Below the pieces are notes generated by a model. It was not told the DNA's origin, did not search any database, and worked only from the letters and a program-made list of their open reading frames with translations. The translations under genes were made by a program, and so were the position numbers. From the IMG/VR virus record IMGVR_UViG_3300036770_007283: 64,000 nt of DNA; one strand, 5' to 3'. The first letter of the stretch is position 1, and the number at the start of each line of letters is the position of its first letter. Below are positions 31,744-41,534 of the stretch, piece by piece. The DNA comes from a virus. Lineage: Duplodnaviria; Caudoviricetes.

Positions 31744-32244
31744 TTAATCTACCTTTTCCATTAATTCCTGTTTCTTATCCTCTACTTCTTTCTTTGGAAT
31801 TTCATGGAATTCTACTAGGTGCTCTGCATAATCTTCTGCTTCTTCTAAACCAATGTTATCTGCTTCATATTTTATTTGGTATTGAAAAGCTTCCAACTCA
31901 TCACCACGATCTAGGTACTCTTCGTCCTCCATCTCTTCTCGTCCAATATCTCTCATGTGTTGTAAGGCATGTACCAACTCATGGATGGCATATCTCATGA
32001 TGATATCAAAATCTTCATCCAAAAGGCTTCTGTTTAATATAATTCTAGAGTCCACCGTCTTGGCAGAAGCTTCTAAATCTTCTTCGAAGTCTATGGGAAT
32101 TCCCATAATAATATCGGTTTCAAAATCATATTCTTTACAAATTTGTTTTGCAATTTCATCTTCAATTAAGCTAGCTCTTACTTTTGATAAAATTGTTAAT
32201 TCATTTATAAGTCTTTTTTCTTTATTAGCTATTACTATGATCAT
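31744..32244 (-). CDS. Zincin-like metallopeptidase-motif protein, 166 aa
   Basis: HELVH (HExxH) followed by a downstream E in ELEAF. Confidence 0.55.
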   Translation of the reverse strand: MIIVIANKEKRLINELTILSKVRASLIEDEIAKQICKEYDFETDIIMGIPIDFEEDLEASAKTVDSRIILNRSLLDEDFDIIMRYAIHELVHALQHMRDIGREEMEDEEYLDRGDELEAFQYQIKYEADNIGLEEAEDYAEHLVEFHEIPKKEVEDKKQELMEKVD

Positions 32245-32434
32245 TTTCTTTCTCGGATAATTTTATTTTTACTAAATAACTGGTTTGTTCTAAAGTAGAA
32301 ATTCTTTTTTGTGCTTCAGAAATTACCGTTTTAAGACCTAAAATTTCAAATTCTAGTTCTTCGGGGCTTCTTGGCTCTATAAAACCACAATACTCAATGG
32401 AGCATAATTCAGGTTCTCTCAACTGGTTCTCCAA
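32225..32434 (-). CDS. Small hypothetical coiled-coil protein, 69 aa
   Basis: Overlaps both neighbours by 20-26 nt; the start is uncertain. Confidence 0.45.
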   Translation of the reverse strand: MENQLREPELCSIEYCGFIEPRSPEELEFEILGLKTVISEAQKRISTLEQTSYLVKIKLSEKENDHSNS

Positions 32435-33158
32435 ATAGTCTTTTTTTAATTACAGGTATATAGCTCAAATCTTTTTCTATTAGAATAAATTTTCTATCAG
32501 AATTTTGACAGGCTAACCCTGTGGTCCCACTTCCTGCACAATTATCTAAGACCAACTCGCCAGGATTGGTGTAAGTTTTAATTAGCCACTCTAAACATTC
32601 AACAGACTTTTCCGTTCTATGAAGTGCCACAGATGGATGCGGCTTTTGTTTAGAAATTATAGAGGTTGGATATTTTTTATTTGTTAAATTGGCATCTAAT
32701 GATTTATATTTTCCATAATTTTGATTAGTTGGGTCTTTTAATAAGTGATTGCTTCCTTTTGAATGTGATTGTGGGCCTTCAGAAAATTGTGGGTTATAAG
32801 TTGGCAACTTTTTATAAAAGACAGCAATTTGTTCGTGAATTCTAAGCGGCATTTTATTTGCATTTAAAAAGCCGGTTGGTAACTTTTTATCCCAAACTAA
32901 ATCATACTTAAATAATTTTCTATTGGAGATAACTAAGTCTATATAAAAAAGACCTTGGGCAAAAAGTAGAATCGCACCATTGTCTTTGATGATTCTTTCG
33001 TACTCTTCCCAAAGTGGTTTAAAAGGGATAATCTTATCTTTTTCGTTTTGCGTAACTGCATAAGGTAAGTCTGCTAAAATCATATCGATGCTTTTATCAT
33101 CTATTTTTTTCATAACATCTAAGCAATCACCATGATACACTCGATTAGATTCTAGCAA
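32409..33158 (-). CDS. DNA methyltransferase, N6-A/N4-C type, beta class, 249 aa
   Basis: VYHGDCLDVM, catalytic DLPY (a DPPY variant) near the N-terminus, HRTEKS, and the SAM-binding VLDNCAGSGTT near the C-terminus. Confidence 0.92.
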   Translation of the reverse strand: MLESNRVYHGDCLDVMKKIDDKSIDMILADLPYAVTQNEKDKIIPFKPLWEEYERIIKDNGAILLFAQGLFYIDLVISNRKLFKYDLVWDKKLPTGFLNANKMPLRIHEQIAVFYKKLPTYNPQFSEGPQSHSKGSNHLLKDPTNQNYGKYKSLDANLTNKKYPTSIISKQKPHPSVALHRTEKSVECLEWLIKTYTNPGELVLDNCAGSGTTGLACQNSDRKFILIEKDLSYIPVIKKRLFGEPVERT

Positions 33159-33167
33159 GACGCACCT

Positions 33168-33365
33168 TCACTTTTCTACTTTTGTTTTTCTCAGCCTTTT
33201 ATACTGAACGAAACCATCAATTTCTTGTTTTTCTAGTTCCTTTAAAATGTCTTTCATCACCTCGGATACTTTATCCTCTAGGTTATTGCATAGACCTTTT
33301 AAATTTTCTAGCTCTTCTTCTTTTTTACACTTCTTTAAATTGGAAGGATTCATGTTAATCTCCAT
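33168..33365 (-). CDS. Small hypothetical protein, 65 aa
   Basis: Coupled ORF with a charged helical sequence. Confidence 0.5.
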   Translation of the reverse strand: MEINMNPSNLKKCKKEEELENLKGLCNNLEDKVSEVMKDILKELEKQEIDGFVQYKRLRKTKVEK

Positions 33366-33999
33366 CTTCTTTAGATTTCAATAAAAATTTAATTTTTTCA
33401 AGCGCCAATACTAAATCTGTTACAGTCTTATTATAACTTTCCAATAATTTTTTTAATTCACTTACTCTTTCATCATTTACTTTTTGCAATCTCTCATCTA
33501 AATCTACGAAAATTTCTTTTCCAACATGATTAAAGTTTTTATCAAATTGTTCAAAAGAATCTTTTAATTTTGACAAAGAATCTTCCAAAGATCTTCTTAC
33601 ATACCAAACAGGTATTCCATCAGAATCTTTGACTGAATGCCAGTTCCAAAGATCTACTGTTTTCTTTTCAATGTCATTAATCTTAGGGTCTACTGAAGAA
33701 TTAAAATTAATTATCTTATCTAATTTGGATAATTCATTTTTTTCCATACTGTGAATTTGTTCAATAATCGGTGAAAAAACATCAATTTTTTTAAAAGCGG
33801 CATCTTGGTTAGTCTTAATATCATCTAATAACGAGATAATTTTATCAATATTTTTTTCGGCCTCTTCTTTTTCATCATCTTCTTTATCAGGCTTACCAAG
33901 TAAATTTTTTTCACGATATACTATCCAGGCCAAAGATATAGCAAACAAAGCACCAAAGATGCCGCCTTTTTGTAGTAAATATTCTATGATAAGATCCAT
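33355..33999 (-). CDS. Single-TM coiled-coil membrane protein, 214 aa
   Basis: N-terminal GGIFGALFAISLAWIVY TM segment, then a coiled coil. GGAG RBS. Confidence 0.65.
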   Translation of the reverse strand: MDLIIEYLLQKGGIFGALFAISLAWIVYREKNLLGKPDKEDDEKEEAEKNIDKIISLLDDIKTNQDAAFKKIDVFSPIIEQIHSMEKNELSKLDKIINFNSSVDPKINDIEKKTVDLWNWHSVKDSDGIPVWYVRRSLEDSLSKLKDSFEQFDKNFNHVGKEIFVDLDERLQKVNDERVSELKKLLESYNKTVTDLVLALEKIKFLLKSKEDGD

Positions 34000-34057
34000 A
34001 GCCTACTCCTGGGTGGATGGTTAGTGCTTTAAATATTAACCTTGTTTAACTATATAA

Positions 34058-34984
34058 TTAATATATTCTTCTAGATTTTAAGTGCCTTAATCTAGTCCAG
34101 CTTGGAGCAGCACCGGTTAAATTGGTATGAGTTCCATAACTCATTGGTCCGGGCCTAATATTATTTTTGATGAATTTTAATCTATCTCGATAGCTGGTCA
34201 ACCAAGTACCATAGTGCGTCTGAACGAAGTCGCCTAGTTGTGGTGGCTGATAATTAATACCTCCATCAGAAATTGTAAAATCACGACCCTTTTCTAATAA
34301 GGCTTGAGAAGCCAGTGCAAAAACATAAGCCGCCTCAACAATGATTTGTGAGAATAGATTTTGAATTAATGGATCAGCAAAACTATAAGAAGTAAAAAAT
34401 GGCATAGAGTTAAATTCAGATAGTGATTGACATAAAAGTGTAACTAAAACATTATTGTCGAAGACATCACACTCTTCAGTAACTATCTCACCATATCCAT
34501 CTAAAATAAAAGCACCAAACTCATCACGCATTGGCTTTAGACCAACAGAGCGTAGTCTGGCCTTTAGAAATTTTAACAGTATATTTATACCCTTGATTTC
34601 TTCTGGAGAAAAGTCAAAAACAACATCATCTGCAATTTTAATCTTTCCAGGTCCACTATCTGCAGATAATCCAATTTCGGGAGTTACCACTTTAAAGAAG
34701 AATGAGATATCTAGTACTGCACCACCAATATTTGCAGACCATTCATCTCGCCAAGAACCAGAATCACCATCCACTGGAACCTTATAAATAAACTCATATA
34801 GCCCATCGCCTAGATGAACTACTTCATTTTTTTTACTTGTTACTAAAAGATTATTATCTAAATCATATATCTTTACAATAGGTGCTTCATCCGCAGCAAC
34901 TTTTGCTCCACAAGAATCAAAGTATTGAATTTGTAGAGCAACCTCTTGACCTTGAACGGCTAAGTCTCTTGGGTTGCACGGCAT
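34058..34984 (-). CDS. Putative head-tail adaptor/neck protein with an N-terminal Ig-like domain, 308 aa
   Basis: Ig-like VHLGDGLYEFIYKVP...WRDEW; C-terminal helical ALASQALLEKGRDFTISDGGINYQPP. Located downstream of the MCP gene. Confidence 0.5.
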   Translation of the reverse strand: MPCNPRDLAVQGQEVALQIQYFDSCGAKVAADEAPIVKIYDLDNNLLVTSKKNEVVHLGDGLYEFIYKVPVDGDSGSWRDEWSANIGGAVLDISFFFKVVTPEIGLSADSGPGKIKIADDVVFDFSPEEIKGINILLKFLKARLRSVGLKPMRDEFGAFILDGYGEIVTEECDVFDNNVLVTLLCQSLSEFNSMPFFTSYSFADPLIQNLFSQIIVEAAYVFALASQALLEKGRDFTISDGGINYQPPQLGDFVQTHYGTWLTSYRDRLKFIKNNIRPGPMSYGTHTNLTGAAPSWTRLRHLKSRRIY

Positions 34985-34993
34985 TTGTATCTC

Positions 34994-35221
34994 CTACTTG
35001 GTATAAAGAACCTTTTTGATTGATCTAATAGTATTGTCAAACTTACAAAAATCACTGTTAATGTATTCAATTGCATAACTCTCGGCTACTTCTTCTGGGT
35101 CATCTAAAATAAATTCAAATTTTCCACCAGATATTTTCTTAGCCTTTTGAATTTGCAATCCTTTAATTACTAAATATGCCGCAAGTGGCAAGTCAGAGGT
35201 TACAAAGACTTTTTCTTCCAT
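34994..35221 (-). CDS. Small DUF5659-like phage protein
   Basis: FVTSDLPLAAYL...KFEFILDD resembles DUF5659. The ATG at 35221 follows GGAG and is preferred over the ORF-track start at 35233. Confidence 0.55.
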   Translation of the reverse strand: MEEKVFVTSDLPLAAYLVIKGLQIQKAKKISGGKFEFILDDPEEVAESYAIEYINSDFCKFDNTIRSIKKVLYTK

Positions 35222-35246
35222 TAATAACTCCAATTGTTTGTTTTTT

Positions 35247-35255
35247 TATTAATAG
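35247..35255 (-). promoter_or_regulatory. Candidate late-promoter motif CTATTAATA
   Basis: An exact copy of the intergenic motif also found at 62166 and 63783, about 26 nt upstream of a start codon. Confidence 0.35.
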
Positions 35256-35258
35256 TCC

Positions 35259-35861
35259 TTAACCTTGTTTTAACAAAACTTTTCTATGTACACTACAATA
35301 ATCAGAATCTTTTGGAGCCTGTCTTTTGCAACAAATACCATCTGATTTTATAAACATACAATTTTTAAAAGATAAGTCCTTTTCAATAACAAATATTTCT
35401 TCTTCTGGTTTATTTATCTGATTACTATCTTCTTCTTTTATAGTAGTTGAATTAATACTATCTGCAACTGGCAATTCTTCTGGTTGGTGATGGTTTTTAT
35501 TTTCATTATCATGTTCATTATTATCTTCCGATTCTTGAAAAATAAAAAAGCTATCTTCATGTCCAGACTTTGACTCAAGAAGCGGATCTTCATCTATCAT
35601 TAGAAAACTATCTTCAACGATATCTTTAGTTATACTTACATTATTCAACTGACCTAGCTTTTCTAATTGAACTCTTGCAGATTCTAATTCACCAATATCT
35701 TTTTCAAATTCAAAAAAGCTATCAAACTCATTTAATTCATACTCAGGTTTGATTTCTGTTTGGTTTAGTTCTCTTCTTAAGTTGTCGCGCCCCTCTACTT
35801 TAACTTTGAGTGGGGTTGCTTCTATTTTAATTAATCTTTTATATAATTCATCTTTGGTCAT
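35259..35861 (-). CDS. Acidic protein with a C-terminal C3H zinc finger, 200 aa
   Basis: CMFIKSDGICCKRQAPKDSDYCSVH fits a C-x8/9-C-x11-C-x2-H pattern. Confidence 0.6.
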   Translation of the reverse strand: MTKDELYKRLIKIEATPLKVKVEGRDNLRRELNQTEIKPEYELNEFDSFFEFEKDIGELESARVQLEKLGQLNNVSITKDIVEDSFLMIDEDPLLESKSGHEDSFFIFQESEDNNEHDNENKNHHQPEELPVADSINSTTIKEEDSNQINKPEEEIFVIEKDLSFKNCMFIKSDGICCKRQAPKDSDYCSVHRKVLLKQG

Positions 35862-36096
35862 CTGTATAATCCGTATTATTAATTATATCTATAACTTCTT
35901 CTTTCCAACTTTTATAAATTTTAAAAATTTTTTTTATTTTGTTTTTTGCCCATTTTTCATTTGCAGTTTCTGTTGTAACACGACTCCATAATTTTAAAAC
36001 ATCAGGGTGTAAGGTTTCTAATTTTTTATTCTTCATGTCCATCTTACCATACTTTAATAGCTCATCATTGCTTGGAATAATGATTTTATTAGCCAT
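35848..36096 (-). CDS. Hypothetical protein, 82 aa
   Basis: First gene after the MCP terminator; AGGGG RBS. Confidence 0.65.
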   Translation of the reverse strand: MANKIIIPSNDELLKYGKMDMKNKKLETLHPDVLKLWSRVTTETANEKWAKNKIKKIFKIYKSWKEEVIDIINNTDYTDDQR

Positions 36097-36130
36097 TATA
36101 ATACCCCTTATTCAGATAGGGAATAATTAA

Positions 36131-36165
36131 TATTTATAGAATATAAAAAATAGTGTAAAGGTCAA
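36131..36165 (-). promoter_or_regulatory. Candidate promoter: sigma70-like TTGACC-N16-TATTCT overlapping CTATAAATA (T4-late-like)
   Basis: Read on the minus strand in the intergenic gap after the MCP terminator. Confidence 0.45.
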
Positions 36166-36188
36166 GCAGGATATAATTTTTAATATTA

Positions 36189-36230
36189 AAAATAAAAAAC
36201 CCCAGCCAAAAAAGCCGGGGTTTTTATTTT
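36189..36230 (-). terminator. Rho-independent terminator after the major capsid gene
   Basis: AAAATAAAAACCCCGGC-TTTTTTG-GCTGGGGTTTTTTATTTT on the minus strand. Confidence 0.85.
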
Positions 36231-36246
36231 AGATCAACTAGTAAAG

Positions 36247-37269
36247 TTATTCAGAAACGAAACCGCTAGCGACACCGCGTGGGTTGACGATAGCAATACC
36301 GATGATTTCTGAAACAACCCAGCCAAGCTTGAGTTGCTTTGGCTCGTCAGCAGGTAGAACTTCGATGTCCTGACGGACTGGCATTACGCCTACGAACTCT
36401 GGCTCGGCGCAAGCAAATACTTGCTTTGGTGGGACGATCTTGGAGACGATGATATCGGCGCCGAAGATGTGACCATAGAGGCCGGTTTGTAGAAGTTCAC
36501 GTTGGGTGACTGGATCAACCTGTGAAGCACCTTGAGCACCAGCAGATTCCCAATTGAGAATATCGGTGAATTGATTGATGTTCATGAAGTACTTAGCAGT
36601 AACGTTATCCCAACGATCAATTTGGCGCTTGAGGTTAAGTAGACCAACCTTGGCTAGTTCAGTTGGGGTGTGGGTATTGTCTAGAACCTGAAGGGTGTTT
36701 TCACCACCGCGTGCAGAGTCAGATGCGAAGTCCATGGCTGCGAAAACGTTGGCGTCTTCTTGTGCCTGGATTTCCTGACGTGCCTTTTGCTGGGCGCGGT
36801 CGATTACGTTGAAACGACGACGCTTGACTTCGGCAATGCGGACGGTTGGGTTTGAAACAACTTCAAACTCTGGGACTGATACGCGGTCACCGAATACGCG
36901 TGATTCTGGTACTGAACCATTGCTTGAAATAACAACGGCTGCTACGTCGATATCACGGTCGTAGACTGGGAGTGCGCCTTGTGGTAGAGGATCTACAACA
37001 AGAGCCTTACGGCCAACACCCTGATAGTCTAAGTTTCTACGGATTGGGTTTGCCATAGCTTGACCGAGGGCGATCTTGCCTTCCTGGGTTGAAAGAGCCT
37101 GGTGAATCATCTCATCTCTCTGGGTTTCAGAGAAGGATGGTGAATCAGTTAAAGATGAACTTGAAGGACTTAGTTCATCAATAATTGAGGCGTACTTGAC
37201 GATTTTAGCAAGGGCTTCTTTTACAGAACCTGCGCTAAGTTCGCCTTGTTGATTAAAGATATTTGACAT
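36247..37269 (-). CDS. Major capsid protein (HK97 fold), 340 aa
   Basis: ALGQAMANPIRRNLDYQG, RAQQKARQEIQAQEDANVF, GLYGHIFGADIIVS and final GIAIVNPRGV. Strong C-ending codon bias; followed by a terminator. Confidence 0.9.
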   Translation of the reverse strand: MSNIFNQQGELSAGSVKEALAKIVKYASIIDELSPSSSSLTDSPSFSETQRDEMIHQALSTQEGKIALGQAMANPIRRNLDYQGVGRKALVVDPLPQGALPVYDRDIDVAAVVISSNGSVPESRVFGDRVSVPEFEVVSNPTVRIAEVKRRRFNVIDRAQQKARQEIQAQEDANVFAAMDFASDSARGGENTLQVLDNTHTPTELAKVGLLNLKRQIDRWDNVTAKYFMNINQFTDILNWESAGAQGASQVDPVTQRELLQTGLYGHIFGADIIVSKIVPPKQVFACAEPEFVGVMPVRQDIEVLPADEPKQLKLGWVVSEIIGIAIVNPRGVASGFVSE

Positions 37270-37293
37270 GATATTCTCCTTTTAATCCTTTAA

Positions 37294-37965
37294 TTAGGCG
37301 CAACCAACTAGGTAAAGAGCGCAGAATTCTGAAACAGTTGAAGTAGATCCTGCATAGTATGGTGGGGTTGAAACAAATGACGAATCAGTTGAGGTACCGA
37401 GTGAGTAAGCAACGTGATCAGCTTTAATTACGCCAGTTAGCTTACCACGGTCATCACCATCAGAGGTGAGTGATCCATAGACTTTGGCATTTACTGCTGG
37501 GGCGTATTCACCAGAAACCCAAGCATCCTGGGTTACGCCATATAGACCTGGTTTGGTCCAGAGGGTGGCCTTGCCAGAACCACGAATGGTGGAAGGACCG
37601 ACAACAACGGTACCTACTGATGGTGCTCCACCAATGCCAGTACCTTGACCTACGGTTGCGCCAATGATTTGACCAAACATAGTGCCGTAACCACGGCCAC
37701 CGAGACCGCCAGATGAACCTTCATCAACAAGACCCCATATTGGGCGGGCACCAATTGCTGGTGGACCACCAGACATAGTATCATCTGCTTCACCTAGCAT
37801 TAGGTAAACTTGTGGACCTGGCACCTTAACATCTGCGGCGTAGCCGTCAGTAATATCTAATGCTTCAAAGGCAGCAACCTCACCGCCAACGACTAGATCA
37901 ACATCATCATCTTCTAGGTCGAATTGGCCGAGGGGCTGAATTCCTGGTTGTAGTATAATTAACAT
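37294..37965 (-). CDS. Putative capsid decoration/cement protein, 223 aa
   Basis: Gly-rich, beta-rich, directly upstream of the MCP gene with the same codon bias. GSGKATLWTKPGLYGVTQD resembles a motif in 41535..42227. Confidence 0.55.
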   Translation of the reverse strand: MLIILQPGIQPLGQFDLEDDDVDLVVGGEVAAFEALDITDGYAADVKVPGPQVYLMLGEADDTMSGGPPAIGARPIWGLVDEGSSGGLGGRGYGTMFGQIIGATVGQGTGIGGAPSVGTVVVGPSTIRGSGKATLWTKPGLYGVTQDAWVSGEYAPAVNAKVYGSLTSDGDDRGKLTGVIKADHVAYSLGTSTDSSFVSTPPYYAGSTSTVSEFCALYLVGCA

Positions 37966-38025
37966 ATTCAGACTCCATTAATTTAATTTAAATTTAAATG
38001 CACCAAACAATTTGATAACATTATT

Positions 38026-41000
38026 TTATAACTTTATTATTTCGCTCAATGCAGAATCAATAAGATCAGATTCTTGAATCAAACCTTTATCATCTGCGAT
38101 TTCTGCTAACTTAACTAGATTTTGAATAACCCAGGCGTATCTTCCTCTGAAGTTGCCTGAAGGTACGCTTTGAGCCACACCTATATTATGTCTTTGTTGC
38201 TCGATTTGATTTTCTACAACACCACCCCTACCCATTGCATCTGCAATGTCTATGGTCTTAGGATGTGCTTTTCCAATCAATTCTGGGCCAGTCTCATCAT
38301 GTAGTTCGTATAGCATTTTATAATCAGCTTTAGTTTTGCTAGGTTTCTCATTATACATGCCCTTTAGCCCTGTAAAATAAGATTTAGCATAAGGATCTTT
38401 TTCGAGACCTGATATAGCATCCCTATAATATTGCTTTGAAAACTCGTCCGCTTTCTTTTGCATATTAAATTCTATTCCCATGTCACGGATGACACTTGAT
38501 ATTTCAGAATTAGCAGTTTTTTCAAAATTTTGTGTAAAATTTTCTGCGCTCTTTCCTCTTCTCATTCTTCTTCTTTCACGCCTAGTCAATATGTCGGCAG
38601 AAAAATATTGCTGTTTGCTTCTTAATAAGTCGCTGCCCCACCTATTTCTAAACGTTGAATCTTTATATTTTTTAATTTTTCCAACAATCAAACTTTTTTT
38701 AGTTAAATCATTTTCTAATTTTGATTTAATAAACTCAATAACATCTTTATTATTTCTGGCTCCAGACATATAAATTTGTCTTATTATAGCAAAATAATTA
38801 TCGCCATCTTCTCCAGCGATACCTACGTTGCCTGGTTGTTCTGGATTTAATAAAGCCAAAGCGGCAGGTGTTTGTAAGACTCCAGAAAGTAAATCTGGTA
38901 GGGCATTTTTAAAATCAACACTCAAATTAGAAACATCATAATATTTATCAAAAATTCTAAGTGATCCTGCTGTATCTGGAGCAACTTCTGGTACCTCTGC
39001 TTCCACAGAACCACCGCCTCTACCACCACCACCTTCATCACTTTCGGCAGCTTGACCGCCAATACCACCACCACGACCACCAGCACCACCACCAGCAAGT
39101 CCTGTTGCAGCAGGGCCTCTTTCCAAGGGTGTCTCTGATAGGCCTATTATAATTTGTGCTTTTATTCCGGATATTGTTGCTAGCAACCTTCCTATGCTTC
39201 TAACTGCCTCGTCAAAGTCGGGCTCGGTAGCTGGGTCTTCTAAGTCTTGAATTAATCCTGATTTATTATTTGCATCAACTTCTGGATACTTAGGAATTGC
39301 TTCCATCAAATCATCAATGATTTCTAAAGCTGCTCTAACTTCTTGATCGGTTGGATTTTCTTTATTAATTTTTGTTATTGCATCTCTAGCATTATCAATT
39401 TTCTGAATTAACTCTCTAGTTTTTGTCTCACCATTAGAGCCTGCTTTAAATTTTAACTTATCTAGCGCAGCACGTGCATTATTTAAGTCTATCACTAATT
39501 TATCATAAAATAAGTCTTTTAAAAATGGGTCTTCTTTAAATAGATTCCAAATACCATATACAGTTGCGGCAGAAACAATTAATTTAAATCCAACAACTAA
39601 AAGTGCAGCAATACCAGTAATAGCAACCCCAGCCTTAGCTGTAAAGAATGCAAAGGCTTTCACTGTTGAAGGAGATGTGTTTTTAATATCTTGTTTAGCT
39701 GATTGATCTACGAAGCTATTGAACCAACGATTTAAAAAACCTGATGGTTGGGCAACCATACCAGTATCAGTCACGTCAAGTCCGCTAGTAGCGTTACGCC
39801 TAGTTAAACGAAAAACTCTGGCTCCCTGACCTGTGGTTAAAAATGTATCACCTTGATTTAAAACTTCAGTTACATTTGCACCAGCGGGTAGTTCAACCAT
39901 ATTATAAGTTCTATTAAACCTTGCCTCAATTCCACGTTCATTTAGCATTCTTACTACATCTCTTGGCGATGTGTTTGGTGGAATTGGCCCGGAGGCTCCA
40001 GGGGCTGCTGGTACATCTGAACTTCCTGGTGGTCTTGTGGCTGGTGGTGTCGTGTTTGGATCGCTTGATGGTCTTGGGGCTGGTGGACCACCTGCATCGC
40101 TTGGTGATCTTGGGGCTGGTGCTGGTGGCCTTGACTCTGGTAAATCTTTTGCAGCTGGAAGAGCAGTGTCGGCTGAGGGTTTACTCACAATCTGACGAAC
40201 TGAGTCGGTTGAAAGCGTAGCTGCGTTTGGCAGCACCGGTGCTGGAGTTACACTATTCTTAGATAACTCCAACCATCTTGTAAAAAACCCATTATCCATT
40301 GCAAACTTTGCAATGACACGTTCATGTGTTTGTATAGGTGATTCAAATGCTGTATTTAAAAAATCTTTATTTGGATGGTTATTAATTTCCTGAAAAAGTT
40401 TCTTGTATTCAGTAAAATACTCAGAAAATAAAGTTTTATGCTGTTGTATTAAAGTTTTTATCTCAGCCTCTTCTGCATCCGTAATAGTTTTCCCAGCATT
40501 AATTATTCCTTGAATTTTGGTGGCAATTTGACCTTCAAGGTTAGAAATTCTACGATAGTGATCTTGATTATTCAGGTATCTAAAATAACCATCAAATTCA
40601 TTTCGTAAAGCTGTTGCAGCCGCAACATCCATACTTTGAGGCAATCTCAATAAGCTTCTTACTTCATCTAAACTTTTACCTGTTACATTTGCAATTTGAT
40701 CTAATGGGACATTATTTTTTCCTGCAAGCCTAATAAATTCATCTACTTGATTATTATTTTTATATATTGTATGAATTGCCGCTAAGTCTAATCCAGTAAT
40801 ATCTTTTATTTCATCAATATTTTTGGAACTATTCTTAAATAACTCTATAGCAAGGTCATCTAAGTTTTTTCCGGTTCCAACCAAAGCTTGTTCCGCTAGT
40901 TCTTTTAATGTTTTGCCCGCAGCTTGAGCCAGCTCAGGCGTAACCTGTTTTAACATGTTGAAAAGAAAAGTATATGATTTTTTATAAAACTTATTATTAT

Positions 41001-41067
41001 ATTTATTGATAACTTTTGAATAAGCATCAAAAACTTCAGAATTATCAGATAATTTATGAATTTTCAT
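38026..41067 (-). CDS. Large head-associated protein with Pro- and Gly-rich linkers and a hydrophobic hairpin (ejection-protein candidate)
   Basis: ATG at 41067 with a GAGG RBS (the ORF-track start 41094 overlaps the upstream gene). Hydrophobic AFAFFTAKAGVAITGIAALLVVGFKLIVSAATVYGIWNLF. Confidence 0.6.
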   Translation of the reverse strand: MKIHKLSDNSEVFDAYSKVINKYNNKFYKKSYTFLFNMLKQVTPELAQAAGKTLKELAEQALVGTGKNLDDLAIELFKNSSKNIDEIKDITGLDLAAIHTIYKNNNQVDEFIRLAGKNNVPLDQIANVTGKSLDEVRSLLRLPQSMDVAAATALRNEFDGYFRYLNNQDHYRRISNLEGQIATKIQGIINAGKTITDAEEAEIKTLIQQHKTLFSEYFTEYKKLFQEINNHPNKDFLNTAFESPIQTHERVIAKFAMDNGFFTRWLELSKNSVTPAPVLPNAATLSTDSVRQIVSKPSADTALPAAKDLPESRPPAPAPRSPSDAGGPPAPRPSSDPNTTPPATRPPGSSDVPAAPGASGPIPPNTSPRDVVRMLNERGIEARFNRTYNMVELPAGANVTEVLNQGDTFLTTGQGARVFRLTRRNATSGLDVTDTGMVAQPSGFLNRWFNSFVDQSAKQDIKNTSPSTVKAFAFFTAKAGVAITGIAALLVVGFKLIVSAATVYGIWNLFKEDPFLKDLFYDKLVIDLNNARAALDKLKFKAGSNGETKTRELIQKIDNARDAITKINKENPTDQEVRAALEIIDDLMEAIPKYPEVDANNKSGLIQDLEDPATEPDFDEAVRSIGRLLATISGIKAQIIIGLSETPLERGPAATGLAGGGAGGRGGGIGGQAAESDEGGGGRGGGSVEAEVPEVAPDTAGSLRIFDKYYDVSNLSVDFKNALPDLLSGVLQTPAALALLNPEQPGNVGIAGEDGDNYFAIIRQIYMSGARNNKDVIEFIKSKLENDLTKKSLIVGKIKKYKDSTFRNRWGSDLLRSKQQYFSADILTRRERRRMRRGKSAENFTQNFEKTANSEISSVIRDMGIEFNMQKKADEFSKQYYRDAISGLEKDPYAKSYFTGLKGMYNEKPSKTKADYKMLYELHDETGPELIGKAHPKTIDIADAMGRGGVVENQIEQQRHNIGVAQSVPSGNFRGRYAWVIQNLVKLAEIADDKGLIQESDLIDSALSEIIKL

Positions 41068-41068
41068 A

Positions 41069-41473
41069 TTATTCCTCAAATAGTATAGAATCAATAGTTC
41101 TTTCTATTTTGTATGCCAATTTATAATCTTTCTTATTAGCAGCATCTTCAGCTAAGGCAATTAATTCATCCAATAATTCTTTTTTTGCTTTGGCTTCCAT
41201 ATCTTGAACTTTTTTGGCTTCTGCTAAAGGCTTAGGGCTATCTTTTGGCTGGTCTTTTGCCTCATCATCTTCTGATAAGTTTTGAACTTGATTATGTATT
41301 TTATTTAAGCCTTTTTCAACTTTTTCAATATTATCACTCATACCTTTAAGCTTGTTGAATGAATCTTGGGCAACCTTATTAAAATCAGAAGCTCTTCTTA
41401 CCAAAGATTCTAGCTCGCACATTACTTCGCTCTTTTTCCATGACTTTCTATCCATGCTATCCCATTGAGACAT
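41069..41473 (-). CDS. Hypothetical head-module protein, 134 aa
   Basis: AAGGAG RBS; carries the shared helical module and the FNKVA motif. Confidence 0.7.
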   Translation of the reverse strand: MSQWDSMDRKSWKKSEVMCELESLVRRASDFNKVAQDSFNKLKGMSDNIEKVEKGLNKIHNQVQNLSEDDEAKDQPKDSPKPLAEAKKVQDMEAKAKKELLDELIALAEDAANKKDYKLAYKIERTIDSILFEE

Positions 41474-41534
41474 TTAATTCTCCTTTACATTTTAAAGAAT
41501 AATAATTAGTAATTTAAAAAATATATTAAAATTA

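Noticed and set aside
36247-37965. Higher GC in the capsid and decoration genes as a horizontal transfer signal
   Set aside because: It is better explained by codon bias of highly expressed genes; the scaffold gene shows the same bias.
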